Assembly: GCF_006345805.1 (NCBI RefSeq)
Contig: NC_042999.1
Span: 117,676,001-117,740,000, forward strand
Source of the DNA: Octopus sinensis
Lineage: Eukaryota
DNA: 64,000 bases
Reading direction: 5' to 3'
The translations under genes were made by a program, and so were the position numbers. The notes under the pieces were generated by a model. That model was not told the DNA's origin. It saw nothing but the letters and a program-made list of their open reading frames with translations, and searched no databases. Positions 1 through 12,167 of the stretch are shown piece by piece; the first letter of the stretch is position 1, and each line of letters starts with the position of its first letter.

Positions 1-63
1 TATATTAGCATCACATATGTATCAATCATTTTCGCATCCTAACCGATGCATCTATATATACTC

Positions 64-114
64 GTATTCTGAAGAGATTTACTTACTCCAGTAAATCGAA
101 ACGATCGTAAATGC
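64..114 (+). ncRNA. Minimal type I hammerhead ribozyme motif
   Basis: Stem I GTATT(64-68)/AATGC(110-114); core CTGAAGA 69-75; perfect 7-bp stem II GATTTAC/GTAAATC; GAAA 98-101; helix III C-GATC-G; GUA cleavage triplet 107-109; ACGATCGT is a perfect palindrome. Confidence 0.82.
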
Positions 115-361
115 CACCCGCATCTCTGCTTCTTACTTCTTTGCTACCTATTTAATTAAAGACATACCAGCGTAAACCATGTGTTTCCCATTGTTATTAA
201 ATCCATTTTCTTCTCTTATGTAACCTAAACTCAGGTTTACCAACCGAACCACTTGCTACCGTGCTATCTTTCAAAAAGCTGTACCTACCCAGCTAATAGC
301 GAAGAGCGACTCCAGATTTAATTATCCCTTAGAAATATTAAACTCCTCTAACTTGATACCT

Positions 362-376
362 ACACACACACACACA

Positions 377-419
<43 letters not shown>

Positions 420-432
420 ATATATATATATA
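362..432. repeat. (CA)n/(TA)n microsatellite
   Basis: Direct inspection. Confidence 0.95.
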
Positions 433-1046
433 CACAAAAATATTAATTATAATAATTATAATAAAGGGTAAAATCAATAATAATTTTACCAGGTAATCAG
501 TCCGGAAATAAAAACCTCATAGCTAAATTTTATAAAATATTTTATAATTATAGGCATAATTATAACTGTCCGAATGTTGTGGTCTCACTTGTTACGTTCT
601 TGTTCCATTTTCTGTTTTGATTTTTATATATACATATAGCGGCGTACGTACAACTCCTGTATGTAAGTACATATATATATAAATTTTGTGCGACTCCTAC
701 TCTTTCCCCTAACCACTTTCACACTTTATTTGTTCCTTCTACATTTCGTTTTCTCGCTTCCATCCTCTCTCACATTTTTCGGACTCCCTGCATTCTCATC
801 ACTTTCCTTCCTCCTTTACCTCAGTCTGTCCCTTTCCGTTTTTCTCTCTTTCTCGCCCCTCCCTAATTCTTCAATCCCTGTATCTATCACCTCCCTCCCC
901 TCCTTCCACGTGAGTGGTGTTCGGCCTAGCCTGACTTTTCTTGATTCGACTACCAGCCGTGCAGTATCTCTCGTATTTCTTCGTATTTCATCTTCTATGT
1001 TCCTGCCGTAAGGCTTCACTTCCACACACACCAACTTAATTTAATT

Positions 1047-1237
1047 CGTCCTTAGTCGAAAGACACCTGTTGTTAATGTCCTGCTTTTGCATTTGCAATT
1101 ATATACTATTTCTCCGTTTGTTTTCTTTTCGTCCTTGTTTTCGTATACATCCGCTTACTTTCTTCCAAAGAATCTAGCGCTCTTAGCTTAGATTTACTTG
1201 GGGCCGACCAGATTAGGGCAGTCTCGAGATGAACTGG
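1047..1237 (+). repeat. Unclassified interspersed repeat, copy A (related to 4042-4235)
   Basis: Shares AGTCGAA..ACCTGTTGTT..GTCCTG, CGTCCTTGTTTTCGTATA, CTTTCTTCCAA, CTCTTAG and CCAGATT..GCA.TCTCGAG blocks, in the same order, with 4042-4235. Confidence 0.6.
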
Positions 1238-1518
1238 CATATATATATATACATATACACACACATTTATTTATACAGACGTATATATATGTATATATAC
1301 ATACATATACACACACACATATATGAATACATATACATGCATATATAGACGCGTGAACACATAAATGTAATGCTCGCTCTGTAGCTATTCCATAGCCTTT
1401 TTGCAACTAACCACCAACCTTCAATATTTAATTGAACTCCCATTGTTCAGAGCCGGATGAACATTCCGCATACTTTTTAAAATTTATTTTTTTATCTGCA
1501 GATTTTTCATTTCTCTCT

Positions 1519-1554
<36 letters not shown>

Positions 1555-1721
1555 GACTTGCTTTTGGTTTTATCATATTTCTTTTGCTTCTTCGTTTCTA
1601 CTTATTCGTTCCCATATTCGTAATTTGTTTTAGTTTTCTTATGTCTCTCCATTTTTTCCTACGTTTTCTTCTCGCTGTTCTTTAATTTTATCACCTCCTC
1701 TCCTCCTCCTCTTCCTCTTTT

Positions 1722-1725
1722 ACTG

Positions 1726-1774
<49 letters not shown>

Positions 1775-1790
1775 CACTACTACTACTACT
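1722..1790. repeat. (CTA)n microsatellite
   Basis: Direct inspection. Confidence 0.95.
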
Positions 1791-1994
1791 CATCTTTCGT
1801 CTAATCTATTCTTTCATTTCTCTTACTAGGGCATAATTTAAGACATTCATAAATATATAAACACTTACTTTCTATGATCTGAATTCAAAATATCTGCCAA
1901 TATCGTCTCACACACATAAACCCCTATCATTTGCATCCGCATGACAAAATGGTTTCTTATATAAATATCTACAATATCTATATTTCTTGCACAG

Positions 1995-2110
1995 ATGAAA
2001 TGGACTGCACAAAGCTAAACTTGTCGATGAAGTCACATTCTACCCAATACGACAGCTTGCCGAGGTACAACCAGGCTCCTTTCAGACCATACACTCGTAA
2101 ACCGATTTAG
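1995..2110 (+). CDS. Candidate terminal coding exon of an unidentified host gene (x-EMDCTKLNLSMKSHSTQYDSLPRYNQAPFRPYTRKPI*)
   Basis: Pyrimidine tract plus CAG acceptor ending at 1994; 37 open codons of non-repetitive, higher-GC sequence to TAG 2108-2110; AU-rich sequence follows. No homolog recognised. Confidence 0.3.
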
Positions 2111-2399
2111 GAGTTAATTTATACTTCTTTACAATTGTCTGATTTCGTGTTTTATTATCTGCATAATACATACTGTACTACATAATATATTTGAATTTTG
2201 TCTTTTATTCGTTATTGTTTGCAAGTTCTCAATATCATTTAATTTATTTTCATGTATCCTAACGATAAGCTAGATATAGCAATAGAATCATCCTCAAATC
2301 ATACTCTGACGTTTTTGGAAAGATGTCCGAAATACTCTCGAGAAGACGAGTTGATCACAAAAGCATATTTTTTTTTACTTTAATATGTTTACTATTAAA

Positions 2400-2615
2400 A
2401 GGCGGCAAGCTGGCAGAAACGTTAGCACGCCGGGCGAAATACTTAGCGGAATTTCGTCTGACCTTACATTCTGAGTTCAAATTCCGCCGAGGTCAACTTT
2501 GCCTTTCATCCTTTCGAGGTCGATAAATTAAGTACCTGTTGCGTACTGGGGTCGATCTGATCGACTGGTCCCCTCCCCCAAAATTTCGGGACTTGTACCT
2601 AGAGTAGAAAAGAAT
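2400..2615 (+). mobile_element. tRNA-derived SINE, family A
   Basis: A-box-like TGGCAGAAACGTTAG and B-box GAGTTCAAATTCC; similar to 22570-22786. Confidence 0.85.
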
Positions 2616-3034
2616 AAGGTTACTATTATTCAATCTTATCATTTTATTCTTTATAAAGCTCCCTCTGTATATGGGTTTCCATCTCTTTGGATGCTATGTC
2701 ATTGCTTCTTTAATAGTCATGCTCGAACCTTTGAAATACTTTCAGGTTTAGCCAGAATTATTAACAGGCTCAGGAGTGAATAACTTTCTTAATAGTCTTC
2801 CAGCGAATGCATCAACTGTTTCGCCATTTCGTGTGTACATCCTTGTCATATAGACACACACACACACACACATTTATATATATATATATATACATACACA
2901 TATACTTATGTGTGTACGTATGTATGTATATATATATATATTCATAAGATAAGAATACCATAATAAAAATTATTATATCAGTGGCCTAGCACATAAAAAT
3001 GACCGTATAGATAACCTTAATTTTTTTACGTATA

Positions 3035-3547
3035 TCTATATATATAAAACTGTAGTTGTGTGAGTGACTGTCCCCTTCGATTTAGATTCCTAACTACTCC
3101 CACATTTTGCGATGCAGTTTAACCAAATTCGGGTATCTTATAGTCGTGATTCATATCGAGCCCGTCTGCGTATTAGCGCGCGTCTACGATGAGTCTACGA
3201 TTTTAAAAATAATTTAACATCATTTTTTATTCCGCTTTAATGCATAATTTTTCGTGTGTCGATGGCGGCGGAGTTGGCGTCCATGGTCACACCTGCACCT
3301 GTTTGCTTCTCCCCCTTCTTCTCTCCCTCGTGAAGCTGTGGGGAAGGGAATGTAAGGAAATCAACGTCGTAAAGCGTTGTCAAGGAGACCAGCGTTCTTT
3401 TAGAACAACGACTTCATGGCTTGAAGACACCAAAACAGAAATGGCTAAGAAAGCCCGAATTGGCATCTATAAGGGAAGTAACTCTCTAAAAATGCTTACA
3501 TAGTTATTTCCCTTACAAACCCGAGCAACGCCGGGCGATACTGCTAG
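3035..3547 (+). mobile_element. Non-autonomous Helitron, copy 1
   Basis: 5' TC after A(3034); 3' CTAG (3544-3547) before T; subterminal CCCG-agcaacgc-CGGG hairpin; ends shared with 15388-15784 and 55734-56118. Confidence 0.8.
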
Positions 3548-4041
3548 TAATTATATAAAAATAATTATAGTTAAGGGCTACTGGAAATGACAATCGCCAA
3601 TACTAGAAGTAGCTGTTAAATACCTACAATCCACTCTAAATTCTGCTCGCTATATTCAGCCACAGGTACGAACGCGAGGGAATGAGCAAGAAAATGCAAA
3701 AAATATTGGATAATTCTATACCTCGAGAATCGCGCTCAGCAAAATTTGCTTTGCGATCTTCATTACATTATACCATGAATATATAAACGAGAAATATACA
3801 TACCCATTGATATCGGCGGGTCAATTTATCAGCGGGTACGGATATTTCTCGTTTATTTATTAATGGCATATTCTACAGAACGCAATTTTTTGCAGAGCGT
3901 GTAATTTCAAGGTATAGAATTATGTAATGTTTTTGTATTTTATTACTCATTTCCTCGCGTTTGTCCTTGTGGTTGAATATAGAGAACAAATTTTAGAGTG
4001 GATTGTAGATATTTAACATCTACATCTAGCTTTGTTGATGG

Positions 4042-4235
4042 TTATTTCCAAGTCGAATGATACCTGTTGTTATGTCCTGTTATTTGTATTTGTGTAACTT
4101 TTCCGTTTATCCGTCCTTGTTTTCGTATATATTCGCTGCTTTCTTCCAAGGAACCTAATTCTCTTAGTTTAGTTTTTCCTTGGAGCTGGCCAGATTGGAG
4201 CAATCTCGAGTATAACCAGCCGAAATTGCAAAGAT
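4042..4235 (+). repeat. Unclassified interspersed repeat, copy B (related to 1047-1237)
   Basis: Colinear similarity to 1047-1237. Confidence 0.6.
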
Positions 4236-4476
4236 AATCTGGAACTCGACTGAGAAAAGAAAACTCCGAATGACCAGTCATTGTCTTCTGGATGATTTGT
4301 TGTCCCTTTCTTGTATCACCTAACTGTCTGGATATCTTGCGCTTTTGTCCCAATTTGTATATATATATATAAAGTTAATCCAAACATGAAAACACCAAGA
4401 GAAAACACAACAACGCGAGGACATGGAACAAATATAGTATTATTGGACGTTAGGAAGAAGGAAGGAAAGAAGGAGG

Positions 4477-4511
4477 GTTTTACGTTTCGAGCGGAGCTCT
4501 TCGTCAGAAAC
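4477..4511 (-). ncRNA. Ultra-minimal type I hammerhead ribozyme motif
   Basis: Minus strand: GTTT-CTGACGA-A-GAGC-TCC-GCTC-GAAA-C-G-TA-AAAC. 4-bp stem I, 4-bp stem II, loopless helix III (ACGT palindrome), GUA triplet, one extra A after the core. Confidence 0.72.
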
Positions 4512-4602
4512 ATAGGAAAAGGAAAGATCCAGAAAAGGGAAGACGGAGGAAAAAAATCGCCAACGGTACACACGCGATATATATGCATACATATGCATAT
4601 AT

Positions 4603-4648
<46 letters not shown>

Positions 4649-4734
4649 AGGGTGAAATATAATTAATTTAATAAAATCAATAAATTTCACCTAGTAGTCT
4701 TTCGGTATGGAAAGGACCATATTCAGTAAAAATT

Positions 4735-5140
4735 ATATAATTATAATAAAGGGTGTTTTGCAACAAGTTGCTTAAACCACATACCGAAGATATTAGAAAT
4801 AGCAGTCAAATGGGCTACTATTACTATTACTACAAACATAAGTCTCCACAAACAACAGTATTTGTAACCTATATATGGTAAAAAGAAGGAAGACAACGAA
4901 ATGTTGATAAGGAAATGAACTTACGATTCTAATCCAGAAACGATCGTCCATAATTAATCCAGTAGACTGTGTGATTTCGTTGTCTTCCTTCTTTTTACCA
5001 TATATAGGTTACAAATACTGTTGTTTGTGGAGACTTATTTTTGTAGTAATAGTAATAGTAGCCCATTTGACTGCTATTTCTAATATTTTCGGTATGTGGT
5101 TTAAGCAATTTGTTGCAAAAAACTCTTTATTATAATTATA
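4735..5140. repeat. Long inverted repeat (fold-back), probably an inverted PLE terminal repeat
   Basis: 4756-4902 is the reverse complement of 4974-5120 with 3 mismatches in 147 bp; extends imperfectly about 20 bp further; 71-nt spacer. Confidence 0.9.
4901..4951 (+). ncRNA. Decayed hammerhead motif in the spacer of the inverted repeat
   Basis: ATG-TTGATAA-GGA...TCC-A-GAAA-C-GATC-GTC-CAT. The core has 2 substitutions versus CTGANGA; the 3' half is intact. Confidence 0.5.
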
Positions 5141-5231
5141 TATATATACATACATATATGCATATATATATACATAAATATATATATATATATATACATA
5201 TGCATATATATACATATCTATATACACATAT

Positions 5232-5277
<46 letters not shown>

Positions 5278-5449
5278 AATAGATGAGTGTATTTTTACCT
5301 TGCTAAATAGTTACCAGGGTAGCAAAAATCTCACAAGTAAAGATGTTGTAACTCCTTGTTTATAAAGGTAGAAACTTCGTGTTTACGTGGAATATTTTGA
5401 ATAATATATGAATAAATAAATGGAGTTTAACGCAGGTGTAAATCAAATA

Positions 5450-5545
5450 TTTTTACTTTCGACACATGTTTCGAAAATTCCACTGATACTATTCAAAAGA
5501 ATAAATGGTATAAACGATGCAATCTTCTCTTCAGGAAAGTGAAAA
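5450..5545 (-). ncRNA. Type I hammerhead ribozyme motif with long stem I and large loop 2
   Basis: Minus strand: TTTTCACTTTC-CTGAAGA-GAAGATT...AATTTTC-GAAA-C-ATGT-G-TC-GAAAGTAAAAA. Stem I 10/11 pairs, 7-bp stem II, GUC triplet (cleavage predicted between 5461 and 5460). Confidence 0.8.
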
Positions 5546-5627
5546 AATCGAAACTCGTCAATATATATACAGATAGACTTAAATCCGATTCAACTAGAAA
5601 TTGATGCTTACTTCTGACTTTTGGTAT

Positions 5628-5628
<1 letters not shown>

Positions 5629-5666
<38 letters not shown>
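5629..5666. repeat. (GT)n microsatellite
   Basis: Direct inspection. Confidence 0.95.
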
Positions 5667-5670
<4 letters not shown>

Positions 5671-8600
5671 TATGCGTGCGCGCTTGTGTACCCTGGTTTT
5701 ATCTTTTCTGCATATGTGTTTGTGCATGGAGATGAAACTCACTTTACCGTTTAAGACGCAATTCACTTCTAATTAACTATGTCCTTTTCCTTTGGATTAA
5801 ATTTCGCTTTCTACCCCTTTACTTCCCTCCGGCGTGAGAAATTTAAGTGGCATTAGATTTTTCTTCTTTGAAGTAATGTTGACTTTAGCTACATATGTGT
5901 TTCAAGTTGTTTCTGTTTTAGCTTAATTTGGCAACATTGTATTTTCTTTAACATAAGAAACCTTAACACGAGGCATATTACATTATAATACTATTTAGTT
6001 GAAGCTTTGATATCAATTGTTTCTCTCTATTTTCTTTTTCTTGAGTTTTATAGATAATGTCCTTGCTAGTGTTAGTAATTTTGTGAATATGGCTAGCATC
6101 AGTATGCAGATCAATGACGTGTCAATTTCGATTATTTTTGATTAACTGATATAGTCTCTGTTGTTAAAGATTCGATAAGCACTACAGTTGAAGTAATTCT
6201 AAAATTTACTTCAATTGTTCATCTATTACTTTCATAAGATGACATTTATGAAAATATGATCTATTACGGAGGGAATTGTTTTCAAAATATCTAAGCGATA
6301 ATTTTTAATGCCCTGAAATTTATTTTGACTGAATTATATATCCTCTTTTATTTCTATCACAAAAAGCATTTTTCAGTCGTTCCCCATTTTTAGTTCCGGT
6401 ATCGTTCTCTTCTCAGTTGTATCTATCTTAAAATACACGTCTTGTGATTATACCCCATTTAAATACTATTCTCATAAATTCTCCCCCCCCACTCTCTCTC
6501 TCTGTATATATATATATATATATATATAGTTCAAATTTACAGAAAACAAACGACGAAATCGAGTGAGGGAACAACAAGTAGGTGTATTAGTTTGACGCTT
6601 ATATATATACACGCACACACGTATCTAAGGTGTAAACTACAAAAGGTTTTACATGGCAGATTTGCCGTATTTTTTCATGTTAGAAGGAATAAGGTACAGA
6701 TTTCTAGTAGACGTTTGATTGATTTCTATAGTTGATTAATGATTCGATACCTGACCTGGATTAATTTTTCGAAGTGTTGGGCTGTTTGCATGCAATCAGT
6801 TGGTACAGAAACGATAATTTACTTGTGACTGATATTAGCATTTTTTGTTTTTTACCTGAGAACTGCGAATCCCACGATGTAGTCGCTAGTGTTGTAGTTG
6901 AAAATCTCACTCCTGCCTATTTGTCACATCTAGGAAATTGCTTTTAAAAATATTTAGTTTATAAGAGCAGAATATTTTCCTATATTGTTAATATCGTTGT
7001 TTGAATTTACTTGATAATGAGCCGAACTTAATTAATGGGTAAGCGTTTCGTATTGTCCATATGCTTGCAAATATTTGATAGGAATGTACATTACATTGTT
7101 GGAGTGCAGAAGCTTTTTCGTCACTTCTATAAAGATAAACAAATCTTATGTTCTATGCCGAAATTAGTTTATCTCTTATGACATATTATCATGTAGAACT
7201 CAAACTACAGTATCCCACTCACAACACTTGGTTTTGTCTATAGTGAACTCCCTATGAAAATATCGATCTTCATAATTTACATTATTTAAGCATAAGCAAC
7301 AATAAAGTACTTATCTCATTAGTAGGAATCTACAACTGTCTCAGGCGAAATAAACCTAAAGAGAAAGCCCTCCATTTGATCTATAAATCTTTGCTCAGAT
7401 ACAAACTTCAAATCCTAGCTCTCTATCATATAATGATAACTTTGCTACAGAGGCTATTTTTCTCCACTCACAAACACTACTTTAAAAATACCTTTTCTCT
7501 TCATACTAGTCAATCTGAAACCCTCAGGGTTGTAGTCAAAATGTTTCTATATTTTCTCTTCTTCTCCAGAAGAAATTAACATGACGTATGCTACTGCAGC
7601 TGACTGCTAACTGTTTTTATTCGAAAGAAACATGCAACAATGATTCATTTCATAATTAATTCCTGAGGATATCTTCTAATCGATTGGGCGTTTTGTAGCC
7701 ATACTATGCATTAACAACGTAACAAAAAAAAAATGAACTCCGTGATTCTCTTAAAAGGCGTAACGCAAATACGTTTATATTTTCTTTTGCCTTTAGATAT
7801 TTAAATTAAGTCTAAGAGAAAGTATCCTCTTTTTAACAATCTTAGTTAGAGCCTAATAAAATAAAGTTCTAGGGTATCTCATTTCATTCCTCTACCATAA
7901 AAAATCAATATAGAAATATTTCGTGAAACAAAGAATAAAAAATGAAGTAAAGAAAGAAGAAAACGAGACGAGACAGCTGGAGAGTGGATGATTATAAATT
8001 GAAAATAAAATGTAAGAAGTAAATCAGAAGATTGATGTGGCGATTGCCTCTAGGTCAAAGGAATGAATTATTTATTACTTCTGTTTTTTTTCCTTCTAAA
8101 CATATTCAAGTTTTGTAAAATCACGAATATGGTAGCAGGGAGTGTCGGTTTAAATTTAGTTTTATTCATACAAAAAAAAAGTTGAATATTTGAATTTATC
8201 CTAACCATGTAATTCAGTAAAGCAATCGTTGGATCGTTTCTCGCCGACTTCCTATTTTTTTACTTTGTACCAGTAAGCTTACTTTGTAATGCGTATTTGC
8301 TTTATAACCAACGACGCCATAAATATGTTAAAAAATACAGTAGGGCTTATTCAGGATTTTATTAAAGTATGAGTGATGTTAAATGATAAAAAAGTCGGAT
8401 AGAAGGTTGTAAATCTAGGATGATAATATCGAGAATTTGAGACTCATAACAATGCTAAACGTAGCTGTATATTTTAGCAAGTGCATTTACTATGAGGTTG
8501 GGTTTTCTTATCGGTAGTTTAATCACATACGCATAAAGCTGTATGGAGACGAGGAGATCAATCCAAAATCTTCCATCCCATGCAATATATCTTGAGCTGG

Positions 8601-10242
8601 CGATTAAGATATTTGATATATACAAAAGTGGGATTTTGAAAATGTAATATCACGGCCAAGTTCTAATCGGTGCTATTTACAACAGTGATTTCAGAGGTTA
8701 GAACACTACAATGTACAAGGCATCTGTTTGCTAGTCAAATTAAACTGCCATATGTCGGAACTGTTTTGCACTCACTGGTTTTTCGATGATGATTCACTAG
8801 GGTCACAACTGCAAAAATTGGAAAATACGAAGAAGGCGTCCTGCTCCAGCAGTTACACTGAATGGGCGTTTCATTATACGAGGTCAACATCATCGTATTT
8901 GTGTTCGTTACAACGAATTATGGATACCAATCTGCCAGAGTAGGAGTGATTAATGAGAATACACATTAATTATGACAGCACGATGAGCTTGTAAATCGAC
9001 TTCTGGAGAGAGGCTCCTACACTGGTCGGCGGCTTCATTCGTTAAAACACTAGGTTTCTTGTTTGTACGTACCAGATTTCTAGGTGGAAATAATTTGAAA
9101 AGTGGTTCTGACATAGGGGTCACTCAGAAATGAACCGAGGAGAATCCATGATAGGTTAGAAGAAGATAACTGAGGTATACACCGATTCATCAAACCATTA
9201 TATTTTGTTTCAATAAACAATTTGACTTGATTGGTGAGTATGCACTTTCGCTTCTGGTAGAAGAGACAGAATATTATTTGTAGGAAGTCTATCTACTGAC
9301 AGTATGTATTTCAGGTGTCTTTGGGAATCTGTTTCTGATGATACATCGGCAAGAATTTTAACAATGACATATATTTAGAATCATTGGTTTCGACAGGGAT
9401 CCATTCAACATAATTATCTTTGAGGTAATGTATAGATAGATGGTTAGTAGGGTGGTGAAACGCAAATGCATATGTTTTGGGGCCTGCATCGACATCCAGA
9501 CCTAATGTCTCTGCCAAAGGCTACCAGGTTATGGATATATAATTCATCATTGTAATAGAGCTGAGAAGATAAATAAAACTGATAGAAGATCCAGTCGATA
9601 TATGCACGATAATAAATGTAATTTGAAAACATTCGATCTGGAAGACGAAAATGAGGAAACAGGATGGCGGTCATAAGTGCTGCAAATACTTCTACAGTTC
9701 CTTACGGTCGCAGTACCGGGTATAGCTAGTGAGAAAGCAGAGGCAAATGAATTCGCATTATTTTCAGTGTCACCAGTCAACATGTTAGAACATCAAGATA
9801 ATGATTAATGTTTCTACTTTTACTCAGAAATGGTCAAAGCTCTGGATAACAATCCCATACTACAGAGTGACCTAAAACTTAAATACGAACCTACTTAATA
9901 CTGGATTAAGATTTTCTAAATATAAATCTGCAAATATGAACAAGAGTCGATATGTTACTGGTATAACAAATGTTTCTCAAACAAGTACTTCACTTATTGA
10001 TAAATATTAATCCTACGAGAAATTTCAGCGTAATTCCTAGTTTGGGCCTGCTTTAAATTGATATTAAATGTATGTTACTCCATTGAAATGGATTGGTTGC
10101 TGCTTTCTTTCGTTTCTTGGTATAAAGAAAAATGATCTACTATCACGCATTCCGTATGGATCTCTGACCAAGAAAACTTACCTGTAATGATACAACAAAT
10201 TCTCCCATTTAGTTACACACACAAACACACACAAGCTATACG

Positions 10243-10255
10243 TCTGTGTGTGTGT

Positions 10256-10322
<67 letters not shown>

Positions 10323-10336
10323 TGTGTGCGTGTGTA
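10243..10336. repeat. (GT)n microsatellite
   Basis: Direct inspection. Confidence 0.95.
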
Positions 10337-11338
10337 ACTTTTCTAATAAAACTTCTTACAGACGAGCTACTAATATAGAAAAGAAATGTAATCAGTCTCT
10401 AAAATATTGATTATGATTTCTCAAACATGAGTGCAAACAAGAACAACAGTTGATTTTTTAATTTGTGTAACAACTGTTTCAAGGAAGAATACTCCACTTG
10501 AAGTTAGAATTTAATATCTTTGGTTTATAGTGAGCATGCTTAACTCTAATTTTCTAGAAGTGTGTTCGTCTTGGTATGATTAATGTGATTTTCCTGTAGT
10601 AGAAAAGCCGAAGTGCGTACAATTTCTTGTGGCGTCTAGAGATACATTACAAAGCCGATTGCAATTTTGAACGAATGAACACGTTTGTAATCCTTTCTAT
10701 TCTTCCACCTTGAAACCACTAAAGTTTTAACTTCATATAAATATATATATATATATATAATATATAATATAATATAGCTACAGTCAAAAGTATTATAGAT
10801 TTATGGATTTGTCCACTAAATGCGACATTGCAACCAGGTAAACATCAGATGTTAGTGATGCAGATTCATTGTGCAAAACCTTATTTAGTATTCAAATATT
10901 AAGCAGAAGTGTTCAGCTGTAAGAAAACGTAAATATAGAGGATTGTTGTTGCTACACTATTGCATTAATGGAAATGTTTAGATCAACTTCCCTCGGAGTT
11001 ATATCTGTCAATTTACATTTGTAAAATCCCGAAATGGGTGATCCTAAAATCAATACGAAAAAATAGGTCAAGTTTATTGAGATATTTAAAGAAGTAATGT
11101 TCAAGGTTCTAAGTGCTTCAAACTAGGAATTTGAAGAAAGTGTGCCGTATATTTCCGCAAAAGTTCAATGTAAACAGTATTGTATAGAATGAAGGCAATC
11201 TAGTCAAAAGAATAAAATATCTTGCACTTAGAGAGACATATATAAGAGACCATTTAGTTCTATAGAAATGAAAATATACTAGTTGAATTATAACATATGT
11301 ATATCTGTAAATATATATATTTACACACATAATAATGT

Positions 11339-11364
11339 ATCTATCTATATGTCTGTCTGTCTGC

Positions 11365-11451
<87 letters not shown>

Positions 11452-11562
11452 CTTATCTGTCTGTCTGTCTATCTTTCTATCTATCGATATATATGTCTGT
11501 GTGTATGTGTGAGTGTGTTTGCGTGTGTGTGTGTGTGTGTGTATGTGTGTGTGTGTGTGTGT
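11339..11562. repeat. Compound (TATC)n/(TGTC)n/(GT)n microsatellite
   Basis: Direct inspection. Confidence 0.95.
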
Positions 11563-11705
11563 AAAGCTAGGATCCAAGAATCAAGGTGCAGGAACAGAGT
11601 GAGCTTCATGCAGTCCGTGGAAGATATAAAAAAGCAACTTTCAGCGTTGCACCGATTACCTGCTTGCAGAAGATCTGCCTGAGGTTAAACAACAAGTAAC
11701 ATGAA

Positions 11706-12083
11706 ACAACCATTTTGATGTGGCGATTAGCTTTACTTATTGGTATAGTTACTAATCTGATCTCTTGAGATTTTACAACTAGCTATTTTGCTTGTTGCAA
11801 ATCAGTGACCTATGGTCGCTTTGTTTACAACATATTGCTGGCTGGACTGGACCCTGACTATCGCTCTGGCGTCCAGGTGCTCGCGACTGAGGATGGGCCA
11901 ACCAGCTCGAAACCGAATCAGTCTCGCGACCTTGTTGTCTGTTAGAAGATAATAGGGATTCTCTCCTGCTAGCAATATATAAGGTGCCACGCTTCACCGA
12001 TAACCAGCTCGCGGATGATCTACCGGGGTTGAACTGGTAGCAACATGGAACACACACTTTGATGTGGCGATTAACTTTACTCA
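11706..12083 (+). mobile_element. About 345-bp hammerhead-containing unit bounded by direct repeats (retrozyme-like or PLE pLTR derivative)
   Basis: TTTGATGTGGCGATTA(G/A)CTTTACT at 11714-11737 and 12058-12081; GC-rich interior with a hammerhead motif; no credible ORF. Confidence 0.6.
11881..11929 (+). ncRNA. Type I hammerhead ribozyme motif
   Basis: TCGCGA-CTGAGGA-T-GGGC-CAACCA-GCTC-GAAA-C-CGAATCA-G-TC-TCGCGA. 6-bp stem I, 4-bp stem II, GUC triplet 11921-11923. Confidence 0.78.
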
Positions 12084-12103
12084 TATATATATGTATATAT
12101 ATA

Positions 12104-12167
<64 letters not shown>

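Noticed and set aside
481-525. Minus-strand CT-ATGA-GG..CC-GGA hammerhead-like remnant
   Set aside because: Both conserved boxes are damaged, and helices I and III cannot be formed.
4688-4728. Minus-strand CTGAATA-TGG..CCA-TACC-GAAA motif
   Set aside because: G8 is lost and there is no stem I pairing; at most a fossil.
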